DNA from: Ostreococcus lucimarinus
Lineage: Eukaryota
NCBI GenBank assembly: GCA_000092065.1
Contig: CP000586.1
Length of the DNA: 64,000 bases
Reading direction: 5' to 3' (one strand)
Shown here in pieces: positions 45,978-55,998 of the stretch; the stretch's first letter is position 1, and each line of letters begins with the position of its first letter. Made by a program: the position numbers and the translations under genes. The notes beneath the pieces were generated by a model, which was not told where the DNA came from, made no database searches, and saw only the letters and a program-made list of their open reading frames with translations.

Positions 45978-46748
45978 CTACAGGAACGGTTTAAACGCGC
46001 GCGGCCGTATCTCAATCTTGCTCTTGCACCACGGACATCGCCGCTTGACTTTTGGCACCTGCCAAACGCGCTGTGCGCAATCGCCGCACTGCCGCACGTG
46101 CTGGCACGGATAAAACATGTGCCGCACCACGCCCTCGGCGTCGTCGAACTGCGTGAGGCAGATCCCACACTCTTCGTGATTTCCACTCATGACGCGCAAA
46201 TCGAATTGAACGCTCGACGGCGCGACGCCCTCGACGTCCGCCACCGCCGCGTCGACGTCCATCGTCTCTTCCTCTTCTTTTTCTACCACGGCGTCCGTCT
46301 GCGTCGAAGCATTCACCACGCTTGATTTCACGCCGCCATCGCTTCGCTTCACGAGCGGTGCGTTCGTGACGTCGCTCAGAAGCCCGGTCGTTTGGCGCCG
46401 TCGCTTAAAGTCATTCTGCGCGCGCGTCTGCGCGTGCTCGTTCCGTCGTTTCGCCGCCGCGAGCGCGCCGAGGACGCCACCGGATGACTTCACGGTCGTT
46501 GAAGCTTCGCACGAAGTCAACGCATCCGTCGCTTCCGCGTCCGCGGCGTCGCTCGCGCTCGCATTCCGACCCGCTTCGAGCGCGCGCGACCGCTCGACGC
46601 CGACCGTCGCATCGCCCGAACACTGCGCCGCGTGCGCCTCGATCAGGGCGACGTGCGCGAATTTCGAGCACAGCGGACACTGCGCCAGACGACTGCCCGC
46701 GTGCGAGTTCGAACGCGCGCGATCGGGGAAGGCGAGCGACGACGACAT
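45978..46748 (-). CDS. E3 ubiquitin ligase-like protein with a RAD18-type UBZ4 zinc finger and a C-terminal C3HC4 RING.
   Basis: UBZ 'CPLCSKFAHVALIEAHAAQC' (C-x2-C-x11-H-x3-C). RING 'CGICLTQF...YPCQHVRQCGDCAQRV...CPWCKSKI'. Confidence 0.6.
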   Translation of the reverse strand: MSSSLAFPDRARSNSHAGSRLAQCPLCSKFAHVALIEAHAAQCSGDATVGVERSRALEAGRNASASDAADAEATDALTSCEASTTVKSSGGVLGALAAAKRRNEHAQTRAQNDFKRRRQTTGLLSDVTNAPLVKRSDGGVKSSVVNASTQTDAVVEKEEEETMDVDAAVADVEGVAPSSVQFDLRVMSGNHEECGICLTQFDDAEGVVRHMFYPCQHVRQCGDCAQRVWQVPKVKRRCPWCKSKIEIRPRAFKPFL

Positions 46749-47175
46749 CGCGACCCCGAGGGCCGATGTGAAGAAAGAAATTCAAACTCGTTCGAGCTGT
46801 CGAGACGCGAAGCTCGAGAATTTTGTCGAGCGTCGTCGGCGTTCGTTCGTTCGTGCGCGCGTAAATAAGTACTGTGATAATTATTAATGAGGTATTAGTT
46901 TCAAGATCAACGGGATCCAATCTATAGACAACGCCGCCGCCGATGAAATAGAGCGGCGACGGAGACAACACGTTTCATTCAACACACAACACGCGGTACA
47001 GCCAAGATGATATATATAAAGAGGGCGCCAACGCGACTCGTTAAAAGCCACGCTCGCACCCGCATCAACACTGATTGATCACCTCATGATCTACTCGACA
47101 CTCGTCGAGCCGTAATTAAGTAAAGGACGGTTTTTTCAAGGTCAAAAGGGTCTTGAGATCACGAAGACTTCGGGC

Positions 47176-49461
47176 TTACGCCGTCTTGTCGTCGGCGTCC
47201 GCTTCATGCTCCATTTGCGCGAGGGCAAACGGAAACAAGATGGCAACAGAGGTGTAATCTTCAAGGGCGCAGCCGAGGATGTTTCTGGCGTTGCGCAATT
47301 CGCGGCGAACGTTGGCGACGCAGAAGATGAAGATGCAACAGAAGAGCCACGCGACGGCGTGCGTGTTCGCGCCGGCGTGCGTGGACGCCATCAAACCGAT
47401 GAAAGTCCAGAGAACGCCGGTGATGGCGGCGGCATTAATCATAGCAAACTGGTAGTCGGCTCCCATGGCGACCTTGGACTTGAGAATGGCGTCGAACGGG
47501 TAGATGAAGTTCTTCAAAACGCACAAAAGTCGTTCCATCTGCACGGGGGCGCTGGCGCCAGCCGTGTCCGGGTTGAAACGCTCGAGGAAGTCGAAGATGC
47601 ACGTGTTGAAGCCCTTGCGCTTGCGACGGTATTCTTCATCACCACCTTCATCTTGCAGTGCGCGCCAGAGCGCCAGACACATAAAGTTGAGCGCGATAGT
47701 GTAAGGGAAGCCGGCGACGATGGAGACGGCTTGAACCATCTTCAAACCACCGCTGTAGACGAGCGCACTAGCGAGCGCGCCTTCGGTGAAGCACCAGTAA
47801 ATCTTTTGCAAAACCGGCGGGCTTTCGTAGCCCATGGCAGAGATCAAATCGTCGACGTACGAACCAGAGTCCGAAGACGTGATGAAGTAAAGCGTGACGG
47901 CGATGAGGATCAAAGCTTGGAACGGGCGCGCCAAAGAACCGTACGGTTCGACGACGTCAAGGATGTGATCAGGACCAGCTCTGCAAGACAGTGGGTAGTA
48001 ACCAGCCTGTTGCAGTTGCAAACCGGCGGCGTATTTCGCCAACGTCGTGTCGAGCTTGCCCTTCGCATAGCCAAACGCGCTGCAGTCCACGGAGCCGCTG
48101 CCTTTCGACCAGTCAACAGTAGATGAGTCACCGAGGGCCAACTCGGCGACGCGTTGCATCTTGATCCCGAGAGAGCCGAGGACGGTGAGGTAGAAGAAAC
48201 CGAACAATACGGGCGCGACGAACGCACCCTTGATGAGTTGGCCGACGGTTCTGCCGCGAGAAATTCTGGCGATGAACATGCCGACGAACGGCGCCCAGGA
48301 GATCCACCAACCCCAGTAGAAGATGGTCCAATCGTCCATGAAATAGGGTGACGTCGTCGCACCATACATGTTTGCGGTGTCCGCGGTGTTGCCCGCGGTT
48401 GCGCTCACAGCGTCGATGATGTTCTTTTCCGCGTGGCGGCCGATGGCGTATTGCGTCCACGTTTTCGACGTGCTTTTCCACGTGCCGTCATCGTGAGTCC
48501 ATCCGTTCTTGCCACCCTTGAGGACGGCATTCAACACAGGCCAAGCATCGCAATCCCATCCGACGACGGTGACCCATTGCAAGTAGTGGCCGATGGATTG
48601 AACGACGCTGTTCATGAGAAACATGGGGTCGTCGGCACAGATGACGCCGAAGAGGAAGATCAAGCCGATACTGAAGGTGAGCTTGGACAGTTTCCTGATG
48701 CCATTCTTCAAGCCACTGACCACAGAAATGCAAGCGACGCCGGTGATGACCCAAATGATGAGACCCTTGGTCGTGTCGGATGTAGCGCTGATGTCGCTGT
48801 TGAGACGATTCATCGCGGTGGCGATCGTCGTGACGCCGAGTCCGAGAGACGTGCAAACGCCAAAGGTGGTGCACGAGATGGAAAGCGCATCGATCAAATC
48901 ACCGATGAGACCGTTGACGTTTTCACCCAAAAGCGGGTAGAAGGCCGCACGGATGGTCATGGGACGACCGTGACGGTAGCAAATGACCCCGAGCGTGATT
49001 GCGACCAGAACATAAGGAATCCAACCGTGGATACCCCAGTGGAACAGCGTCATGAAGATGGCTTGTTGAGCGCGTTGATCATCGTTCACGATGGGAATCT
49101 TTTGCGGATTGTAGTAGTTCATGCGGTAATACCACATCGGTTCGGCGACGCCGTAGGTGTACAAACCGACGCCGATTCCGCACGCGAACAACATGGAAAA
49201 CCACTCGTAATCGCTGAAGGCGGGCTTTTCGTCGTCACGCCCGAGCTTGACGTCTTTGTACTTCGTGAAAAGCAAACCGATGATGAAGATGAACCACACG
49301 TCTTGGGTGAGGATGTACAACCACGTCCAGTTGACGGTGACCCACGCTTGCCAACCCTTCACCTCCGTCGCGGCGTTGATGCCGGTCGTCGTGGCCCAGA
49401 TGATGAACCCCCAAAGCACGGCCGAGGCGATGCCAGAGCTCACCCAGTTCATGCGAAGCAT
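47176..49461 (-). CDS. BCCT-family transporter (betaine/carnitine/choline; glycine-betaine/DMSP-type osmolyte uptake) with a long C-terminal extension.
   Basis: BCCT signature 'TIFYWGWWISWAPFVGMFIARISRGRTVGQLIKGAF' plus 12-TM hydropathy. 761 aa, ATG start. Confidence 0.85.
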   Translation of the reverse strand: MLRMNWVSSGIASAVLWGFIIWATTTGINAATEVKGWQAWVTVNWTWLYILTQDVWFIFIIGLLFTKYKDVKLGRDDEKPAFSDYEWFSMLFACGIGVGLYTYGVAEPMWYYRMNYYNPQKIPIVNDDQRAQQAIFMTLFHWGIHGWIPYVLVAITLGVICYRHGRPMTIRAAFYPLLGENVNGLIGDLIDALSISCTTFGVCTSLGLGVTTIATAMNRLNSDISATSDTTKGLIIWVITGVACISVVSGLKNGIRKLSKLTFSIGLIFLFGVICADDPMFLMNSVVQSIGHYLQWVTVVGWDCDAWPVLNAVLKGGKNGWTHDDGTWKSTSKTWTQYAIGRHAEKNIIDAVSATAGNTADTANMYGATTSPYFMDDWTIFYWGWWISWAPFVGMFIARISRGRTVGQLIKGAFVAPVLFGFFYLTVLGSLGIKMQRVAELALGDSSTVDWSKGSGSVDCSAFGYAKGKLDTTLAKYAAGLQLQQAGYYPLSCRAGPDHILDVVEPYGSLARPFQALILIAVTLYFITSSDSGSYVDDLISAMGYESPPVLQKIYWCFTEGALASALVYSGGLKMVQAVSIVAGFPYTIALNFMCLALWRALQDEGGDEEYRRKRKGFNTCIFDFLERFNPDTAGASAPVQMERLLCVLKNFIYPFDAILKSKVAMGADYQFAMINAAAITGVLWTFIGLMASTHAGANTHAVAWLFCCIFIFCVANVRRELRNARNILGCALEDYTSVAILFPFALAQMEHEADADDKTA

Positions 49462-50139
49462 CTGCGATGGACGAACGGACGGCGCGAGTCAGTCTCGGGT
49501 CGTGATGATTTAATTTAGAGTCGCGTCGCCGGGACCGATCGAACGATCCACGATTCGCGCGCAACGCGAGACGCGCGCGTCTTCCGCCTCGCGCGACGCC
49601 GGCGTGGAGTCCACGAAATTTCAACGCACCGGTATTCCCGCGATATCGAGCGACACCCATCGGTTCGCTCGCACGAACCGCTTGATGTTTGCTTCTTGCT
49701 TGAAATCGAGCGCGTCATCCGCCTTGCTCGGCTTCGTCGTGTCGCTCATGTCGCCCCCGTTCATCGCGCGCGCGCTCGTCGAGGTCGACGGGATCGATGG
49801 AAATTATTCCAGCGACGTCCTCGCCGCGCGCCCGTCGCGAAGTGTCGCGCGCCGGCCGCGCGTCGCCGAATTCACGACGATTCAAACCGCGAATGACGAA
49901 AAAAAAAAGAGTCGTTTGCGCGATTTCCTGATATTTTTCTCATTCGAGGTTCACGATTCGACGACACCCCCTCCACGTCAGGTTTCCCGCGCGTTTTCGC
50001 CCGTCCGCGCGCGCGACGTCGACCACGCGCGCGTGGCTGATCGATGTCGAGCGATCGCGCGTCGCGTCGCGTCGCGTCGCGTCGGCACACGAAGGCGCGC
50101 GCGCGCGCCCGAGACGAGCGGTCAAACGTCGACCACGCG

Positions 50140-51126
50140 ATGATGCGGACGACGACGGCGACGACGCGGACGACGACGCGCGTCGCCGCGCTCGGCGCGC
50201 GCGCGACGGGGCGAGGACGAGGACGAGGACGCGACGCGCGGGCGCGGGCGAGCGGGGACGCGCAACGCGCGGGCGCGGACGGAGACGCGCGCGACGATGC
50301 GCGACGCGGCGGCGCGACGACGCGAAAGAACCGGCGGGGTTTGTTGGGCGCCGGGTTCGCGGCGGCGACGGCGGGGCTGACGGGGCTGACGCGCGCGGCG
50401 AACGCGGCGCCGACGCTGCCGAAAGAGCTCACGGAACCGGATGAAATCTTCCGAGAAGACTTCAACGTTCAGTTCGCGGGGTTGACGGTCGATCATAAAG
50501 ATTTAATCTACGCCCTGGTCGTCGGGCAGACGATCGGATTCGTCGGAAGCGCCGTCGGCGGCGCGGAGGCTCGTAAGCGCGCTGAGGAGATCGAACGGTT
50601 GAACTCGACGCTGCTGAAGGTGAACAAGGAAGTGCGAAAAGAGCTCAGGAGTAGTCAAGGGCGCAAAGTGGCGTTCTCCACGATGGATTCCTCGGACGAA
50701 GCTTCGAGCGAGACGGTGCTCGAAATCATCAGTTTGCTCAAGAGCGGCAAGTCTAAACTCAAAGCGCAAGCGTCCCAAGAGGCGAAAGAAACATTCACTA
50801 AGGCGCGTCAACTCATCGATGCTAACCAGAGCGCGCTGAAGGAACCGTGGAAGGCTGTTCGAAAGGCTGAGCGCGGTCTCGGCGCGGCGTCGGCGCGCTT
50901 GGGCGAGTACGACGAAGCCCTTTCTCACATGAAGACTGTGTTGAAGTTATCCACCGAGCACGACGACACGAGCGTCGCCACGGACGCGTGCGGCATAATA
51001 GCCGATATTTACGCCGAAATGGATCAAATCGAAGTCGCCGCGGATTGGTACGACAAGTATTTTGAATCCTTGGCCATCGAAGACGCCAAGGAAGCCGCCG
51101 AGGCGGGCTCGAGCTCGGCGCGTTGA
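50140..51126 (+). CDS. FLU: FLU (FLUORESCENT IN BLUE LIGHT) homolog; TPR-containing negative regulator of glutamyl-tRNA reductase and tetrapyrrole synthesis; plastid-targeted.
   Basis: 'IGFVGSAVGGAEARKRAEEIERLNSTLLKVNKEVRKE' and 'KAERGLGAASARLGEYDEALSHMKTVLKLSTEHDDTSVATDACGIIADIYAEMDQIEVAADWYDKYF' are collinear with the Arabidopsis FLU 'IGATVGGLLARQRKGELQRLNEQLRQINAALRRQ' and 'KAARGLGASLQRQGKYREAIQYHSMVLAISKRESEDSGITEAYGAIADCYTELGDLEKAGKFYDTYI'. The start is taken at ATG residue 33 (MMRTTTATT..., transit-peptide-like). Confidence 0.65.
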   Translation: MMRTTTATTRTTTRVAALGARATGRGRGRGRDARARASGDAQRAGADGDARDDARRGGATTRKNRRGLLGAGFAAATAGLTGLTRAANAAPTLPKELTEPDEIFREDFNVQFAGLTVDHKDLIYALVVGQTIGFVGSAVGGAEARKRAEEIERLNSTLLKVNKEVRKELRSSQGRKVAFSTMDSSDEASSETVLEIISLLKSGKSKLKAQASQEAKETFTKARQLIDANQSALKEPWKAVRKAERGLGAASARLGEYDEALSHMKTVLKLSTEHDDTSVATDACGIIADIYAEMDQIEVAADWYDKYFESLAIEDAKEAAEAGSSSAR

Positions 51127-51310
51127 TCGCCTATTGATTTCCACCGAACAGTTGTAATATATGAATGATGCCGCATCAAACGACGCACGATCAGCGCATT
51201 GACTGAACGAGAGCCACCGCAACGTCCTCGACGCTCGAATTTCAGCGCGGCGACGTCGCTCGCGCGTCACTCCTCGCCCCCGCACCGTCCTTCATCGCTC
51301 GGTGCGTTGA

Positions 51311-51970
51311 ATGCAACCGCAGGCTTTCGGTTTACGACACGCGAATTTCTCAGAGCTCTCGAGAGCGCATCGCGCGAGCGCATCGCGTCGTCGTCGTCGT
51401 CGTTCGTCCCATCGCCAGTTCATCGCGAACGTGCAATCGTGCAACGACCCACACCCATCGCGGCGCGTGCGCACACCAGTCGTGCGTTCTTCTCGCTCGA
51501 CGCGAACGAACGCGTCGAGCAATAACGGTTCATTCAAATCCGCGTGCTTCGACGCGCACGGACGCTGGACACACGAGATGAAGGCGTGCGTACCGAGGCA
51601 TGACTTTTGCATGACGCTTCCATTTGGCGCCGTGGTCGCCACGCTCGGCGTCCTGGGATTCGTGGCGAAACGATCGTTCGCGAGTTTGGTCGCCGGTGGG
51701 AGCATTGGTGCGACGTTAATGTGCTTGGGCTTCGCGAGCCTGCGCGCGTGGAGCTCGGGCGCGTCGTCGCTGCCGTGGACGGCGGCGAGCGCGGCGGTGA
51801 CGGCGACGTTGGCGTTCGCGATGGGGAAAAAGTACATGGAATCTTCCGCCATTTTTCCGAGCGGGATGTTAGCGTTGACCAGTATGCTCATGCTGTGCTT
51901 TTACGCCAAGAATTTGCTCGTGGATGGGGGAAATCCTCCGAAAGAGTCGCAGATGGCCAAGTCGGATTAG
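51311..51970 (+). CDS. TMEM14/FAX-family 4-TM protein (plastid fatty-acid-export-like) with a transit-peptide-like N-terminus.
   Basis: 'LPFGAVVATLGVLGFVAKRSFASLVAGGSIGATLMCLGFASL...AFAMGKKYMESSAIFPSGMLALTSMLMLCFYAKNLL' matches the TMEM14 glycine-zipper helices. Ser/Arg-rich presequence. Confidence 0.65.
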   Translation: MQPQAFGLRHANFSELSRAHRASASRRRRRRSSHRQFIANVQSCNDPHPSRRVRTPVVRSSRSTRTNASSNNGSFKSACFDAHGRWTHEMKACVPRHDFCMTLPFGAVVATLGVLGFVAKRSFASLVAGGSIGATLMCLGFASLRAWSSGASSLPWTAASAAVTATLAFAMGKKYMESSAIFPSGMLALTSMLMLCFYAKNLLVDGGNPPKESQMAKSD

Positions 51971-52107
51971 AACGAGCGCGCGTCGCGACGAGAGACGGCG
52001 TCGCCACGAGAAAATGTTTGGCACGATAGAGGCACGGGTGTAATGAATATGCGCTGAAATACATCATTCGTCTTCTACTACGTACTGTTCATGACGCGCG
52101 AACCCCG

Positions 52108-52644
52108 CTAACGCGTCTTCGCCGAGGCGTATATGAACTGGTTCAAGTCTAGCGTAATCTTGCCGCTCTTGTCGGCGTCAAAGCTTTCAAACACTTTTCT
52201 CGCCGCGGCCAGGAACAGGAACAGCCCGATGAATTGGTCGATGCCTAAGTCATTGGAACGATCCGGATCGAACGCCCGACACGCGTGCTCGATCGCCTTT
52301 TGATCGACGTCTCCGTAGCCCGCGTACGCCAAACACTCCAGCGCCTCTCGCTTGTTGAGCTTTTTCGTCCCCGACTTGTCGAAGTGCGTGAAGGAGTTTT
52401 GCGCGTTCACGAGAAATTCGTGCACTTTCTTGTACTCCGTGAACGAGAGTGTCCCGCTCTTATTCCCGGGTGCGGAGTGCAGGCGAATCAACAGCGCGAT
52501 GGTTTGCAAGGAGAACGTCAATCCAGACGTGGCGAGCGCGCGTTGAAGCTCTCGTCCGTCGATCGCCCCGTTCCCGTTACCATCGACGGCGTTAAAGTGT
52601 TGCAGTAGCGTCGCCTCGTCCTGGTACGCGTACGCGGGCGACAT
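52108..52644 (-). CDS. Penta-EF-hand (PEF) Ca2+-binding protein, ALG-2/sorcin-like.
   Basis: 'FNAVDGNGNGAIDGRELQRAL', 'FTHFDKSGTKKLNKREAL', 'FESFDADKSGKITL'. The track ORF extends to an ATG at 52998, but that region is antisense to the better-supported CBS-like gene; I take the ATG at 52644 (MSPAYAY...). Start uncertain. Confidence 0.6.
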   Translation of the reverse strand: MSPAYAYQDEATLLQHFNAVDGNGNGAIDGRELQRALATSGLTFSLQTIALLIRLHSAPGNKSGTLSFTEYKKVHEFLVNAQNSFTHFDKSGTKKLNKREALECLAYAGYGDVDQKAIEHACRAFDPDRSNDLGIDQFIGLFLFLAAARKVFESFDADKSGKITLDLNQFIYASAKTR

Positions 52645-52726
52645 GAGCGCGACGGCGGAGCGCGACGCGCGTCGACGAATGTCGCCACCTGGGCAACCGC
52701 AGTGCGCTCGACCGCAGTGCGCGACG

Positions 52727-54016
52727 ATGTCCGACGCGTCCGCGGCGACGCGCGCGGTGAGCGCGGCGGTGATGGTGGCGTGCGTCGCGCTCGCCGTCGT
52801 CGTCGTCGCGAGGGCGTCGGCGCCGGTGCGCGGCGACGAAAGCGCCGCGAGGAAAGTGCGCCGTGGCGAACGCGCGACGAAGGACGACGCCGACGACGCG
52901 CGCGCGCAGTCAAACCGACGCGCGAACGTGCTGAGCGCGATCGGAAACACGCCTGTGATGCGCGTGGAGTCGTTGTCGCGCTTGACGCGATGCGACATCT
53001 ACGTCAAGTGCGAGTTTCTCAATCCCGGCGGCTCGGTGAAGGACCGCGTGGCTCTGCGAATCGTCGAGGACGCCTTAGCCAGTGGCGCGCTGCGACGAGG
53101 AGGGTTGTGCACCGAAGGTACCGCGGGGAGCACGGGAGTATCGCTCGCCATGGTGTGCAAAGCGATGGGGGTGGAATGTTTCGTCGCCATGCCGGACGAC
53201 GCCGCGAAGGAGAAATCGGCGCTCGTCGAGGCGTACGGCGCTCGGGTGGAGCGCGTGCGACCGGTGTCGATCGCAAATCGTGGACACTTTGTCAATGTGG
53301 CCAGACGCGAGGCTGAGCGCGCACGCGCGCGCGACGGCGTGGGCGGAGGGTACTTTGCAGATCAGTTTGAGAATTTAGCGAACTTTCGCGCGCACGCCGA
53401 CGGCACGGGAGTGGAAATATTTTCTGAAATCGGCGCCGAACTCGACGCCTTTGTGTGCGCGTGCGGTACCGGGGGCACGCTCGCGGGTGTGGGGGTGGCG
53501 CTGAAGGAACGGAAGCCGTCTGTCAAGCTCTTTCTCGCGGATCCGCAAGGAAGCGGGTTGTTTAATCGCGTCTCGCGCGGCGTCATGTATACGAAAGAAG
53601 AGGCGGAGGGAAAGCGCTTGAAGAACCCGTTCGATACCGTGACGGAAGGTGTGGGAATCAATCGCATCACGGAGAATTTCAAAGTTTTGCTCGATCGTCC
53701 GGGAATGCTCACGGGCGCCGTGAAGGTGAGCGACGCCGAGGCTGTCGCGATGAGCCGCTTCGTCGCGAGGCACGACGGGCTCTTCATCGGAAGCTCAAGC
53801 GCCGTCAATCTCGTTTCTGCGGTGCGCGTGGCGCAATCGCTCGGACCAGGACATTGCATTTGCACGATCGCGTGTGACAGCGGACTGCGTCACATGACGA
53901 AATTCTGGGACGACGAATATCTCGCCAAGATCGATTTGACGTCTCACGATGTCGCGTCGGCTGATTCCTTATCGTTTCTCGACGACGACACGGTGGTGAC
54001 TGCGGCGCGTTGTTAG
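52727..54016 (+). CDS. PLP-dependent cystathionine-beta-synthase/cysteine-synthase-family enzyme (CBS catalytic core only) with an N-terminal signal/presequence-like hydrophobic segment.
   Basis: PLP-lysine motif 'KCEFLNPGGSVKDRVALRIVEDA' (cf. CBS 'KCEFFNAGGSVKDR'), a Gly-rich 'GTGGTLAGV' loop and C-terminal 'DSGLRHMTKFW'. Upstream in-frame ATGs also lie at 52643 and 52679. GC3 supports plus-strand coding through this region. Confidence 0.75.
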   Translation: MSDASAATRAVSAAVMVACVALAVVVVARASAPVRGDESAARKVRRGERATKDDADDARAQSNRRANVLSAIGNTPVMRVESLSRLTRCDIYVKCEFLNPGGSVKDRVALRIVEDALASGALRRGGLCTEGTAGSTGVSLAMVCKAMGVECFVAMPDDAAKEKSALVEAYGARVERVRPVSIANRGHFVNVARREAERARARDGVGGGYFADQFENLANFRAHADGTGVEIFSEIGAELDAFVCACGTGGTLAGVGVALKERKPSVKLFLADPQGSGLFNRVSRGVMYTKEEAEGKRLKNPFDTVTEGVGINRITENFKVLLDRPGMLTGAVKVSDAEAVAMSRFVARHDGLFIGSSSAVNLVSAVRVAQSLGPGHCICTIACDSGLRHMTKFWDDEYLAKIDLTSHDVASADSLSFLDDDTVVTAARC

Positions 54017-54130
54017 TTTAGTACTAGGTTCGTATCCTCTAGCGTATAGATCTAGCGCAGCGCATGTGTAGTGGTAATATTAGGAGTCGTGGCTGCGACT
54101 GCAGGCGAAGCTATATTTTCTTACACGACA

Positions 54131-55759
54131 CTAAGCTTCCAGGGTTTTTCCCGTCGTTTCCGGCAAAACCTTATACACGACGGTAAGTGCGAAGACACTC
54201 ACGGTAAAGTACAACATCCAAACGCCTTGTGCGCTCCAGATTTCGCGGATTCGTAAAAACGTGAACGTCACCAAGGCGTTCATGATCCACTGCACCGCCG
54301 TCGCGGCGCTCACGCCGACGTTGCGCACCTTTTGTGGAAAGACCTCACTCGTTACGATGTACGGTACCGGGCCGAGACTGACGCTGAAAGCGATGCGAAA
54401 CACGAGAATAGCAGCAACGGCTAGCCACGGCGCGGCGGTGGCGCTCATGAAATGCAAGTACACGCTCGGAGTCACGCTCAACGTGAGAAGAGCGAGCGCG
54501 AACGAAATCGCGCCGATACCACCCAGAGCTAAAGGTCGACGACCGATGGCGTCTATGCTTCGCGAGAGCCAAGTACCTGCGATGATTTGTACGACACTCA
54601 CACACGCTGTGAGCGCGATGGCGTGCGAACGATCGAATCCAAGATCGCTCAAAATCTTCGGAGCGTAATAAATCACGACGTTGATACCGCAAGCTTGCTG
54701 GAAAAAGTTCATCAAACTCGCGACGCCAAGCGCGTTCCGAGTCTTCGCGTCCTTGAACAAACTCAAAATCTTACTCGTTGGCTTCGTCGTCGCGTTCAGT
54801 GCGATGACGTGCACGTCCACATCGGGCTGTCCGAGGCTGTTGAATACCGCCTTGGCTTCGCCGACGCGACAATTTTCTGCCAGCCATCGCGGCGACTCGG
54901 GAAGCGCGTTGGTCTTGAGAATGATGCCGAGTTGTACGAGTGCCGGGACGGCGGCGAAGGCAAACATGTAGCGCCATCCATCGACCACGTTCGTCGCGAA
55001 TAAGGAGAGAACGAATGAGCCCAAGAGACCGACGGTGACGGACAGCGGCGCCAAGCCGCTGTGCTTGCCGCGAGTCTTCGCCGGCGCGCACTCGGAAATG
55101 TACATTGTACACATCGACGTCGCGATCCCCACCGCGAGACCGGCGACGAAACGACCGAGGACGACTTGTTCGACCGCACTCGCGCTCGCCATGAGCGCGG
55201 CGGAGACGATGAATCCCACATCGCAGCATCCCAGCGCGAATCTTCGCCCAAACGGTTCGTTCAACCCCGGCGTCGCCGCGCACCCGAACATCGCGCCGAG
55301 TGGTAGCGCCGCGACAACCGCGCCCTTCATCGTCGTCGTGAGCGTGCCGAGCACGGTTCCAGATTCTATGTACACCAACGCTCCCGCGATGGCACCGCAC
55401 GCGCATCCCACGCTGAGCATCGCCAAACACACGCTCAGCGTGGCGACGTACAGCGCTCGCGCGCCCGCGGCGGGCGTCGGCGGGTCGTTGAAGAGCCGCG
55501 CCGTGAACGACGAAGACGCTCGAAGCGCGCTCGAAGGACGGCGAGTCGTCGGCGACGACGAATGCGTCGACGCGCACCGCGCGTCGCAGTCGTGCGCGTA
55601 CCGCGCCCGTCGCGACTCCTCCCGATGGGTTCGCGCGTTTAAACCGACACGGCCGTTGCGCGATGGAGCGACGTTTGACGACGTCGCGTGCGCGCGAGAG
55701 CGTCGACGCGAGGGCGCTGGTGCGCGGCACGCGAGAGATGTGACCTTCATCATCACCAT
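54131..55759 (-). CDS. MFS sugar-porter-family transporter (hexose/polyol), plastidic glucose-translocator-like with a transit-peptide-like N-terminus.
   Basis: 'LPESPRWL' sugar-porter motif, 12-TM pattern, 'PVPYIVTSEVFPQKVRNVGVS'. The start is taken at ATG 55759 (MVMMKV...); the track extension to 55993 runs through an (AACGC)n repeat. Confidence 0.8.
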   Translation of the reverse strand: MVMMKVTSLACRAPAPSRRRSRAHATSSNVAPSRNGRVGLNARTHREESRRARYAHDCDARCASTHSSSPTTRRPSSALRASSSFTARLFNDPPTPAAGARALYVATLSVCLAMLSVGCACGAIAGALVYIESGTVLGTLTTTMKGAVVAALPLGAMFGCAATPGLNEPFGRRFALGCCDVGFIVSAALMASASAVEQVVLGRFVAGLAVGIATSMCTMYISECAPAKTRGKHSGLAPLSVTVGLLGSFVLSLFATNVVDGWRYMFAFAAVPALVQLGIILKTNALPESPRWLAENCRVGEAKAVFNSLGQPDVDVHVIALNATTKPTSKILSLFKDAKTRNALGVASLMNFFQQACGINVVIYYAPKILSDLGFDRSHAIALTACVSVVQIIAGTWLSRSIDAIGRRPLALGGIGAISFALALLTLSVTPSVYLHFMSATAAPWLAVAAILVFRIAFSVSLGPVPYIVTSEVFPQKVRNVGVSAATAVQWIMNALVTFTFLRIREIWSAQGVWMLYFTVSVFALTVVYKVLPETTGKTLEA

Positions 55760-55942
55760 CCGCGACGACGACGCCGGTTCCGGCGGGACGAGCGACCGCA
55801 CGCGGTCGCGAGTGCGGCCGGCACGCGTTTTCGCGGAATTGAAACGGCACTCTGGCTTCGCTCTGGCTTCGCGCGGAGATGCGACGACGCGACGAGGAGA
55901 GAGGAGACGATGACTCAACCGAACACATTTACTACAATACCC

Positions 55943-55991
55943 AACGAAACGAAACGCGATGAAACGCAACGCAACGCAACGCAACGCAACC
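55943..55991. repeat. (AACGC)n / (GAAAC) pentanucleotide microsatellite in the sugar-porter 5' region.
   Basis: 'aacgaaacgaaacgcgatgaaacgcaacgcaacgcaacgcaacgcaacc' read directly. Confidence 0.8.
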
Positions 55992-55998
55992 AACTCGA

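Noticed and set aside
47206-49518. Plus-strand ORFs 47206-48126 and 48433-49518 opposite the BCCT transporter.
   Set aside because: Antisense to a gene with an unambiguous BCCT signature. The translations are Asp/Glu/Arg-rich with no domain.
50230-50420. Twin-arginine (Tat)-like 'RRGLLGAGFAAATAG' signal in the FLU homolog.
   Set aside because: It matches RRxFLG superficially, but the downstream TM, coiled coil and TPR align collinearly with FLU, which is a membrane-anchored stromal-face protein. More likely part of the transit peptide/anchor than a Tat signal.
52644-52998. 118-aa N-terminal extension of the PEF protein (ATG at 52998).
   Set aside because: Antisense to the CBS-like gene's N-terminus, whose strand has far stronger GC3 bias. 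The first EF-hand begins just after the ATG at 52644. Kept as an open alternative in the findings.
54771-55928. 385-aa minus-strand ORF (frame-shifted relative to the sugar porter) and 55035-55913 (+) 292-aa ORF.
   Set aside because: They overlap the well-supported PESPRWL sugar porter in other frames or on the other strand, with no motifs.
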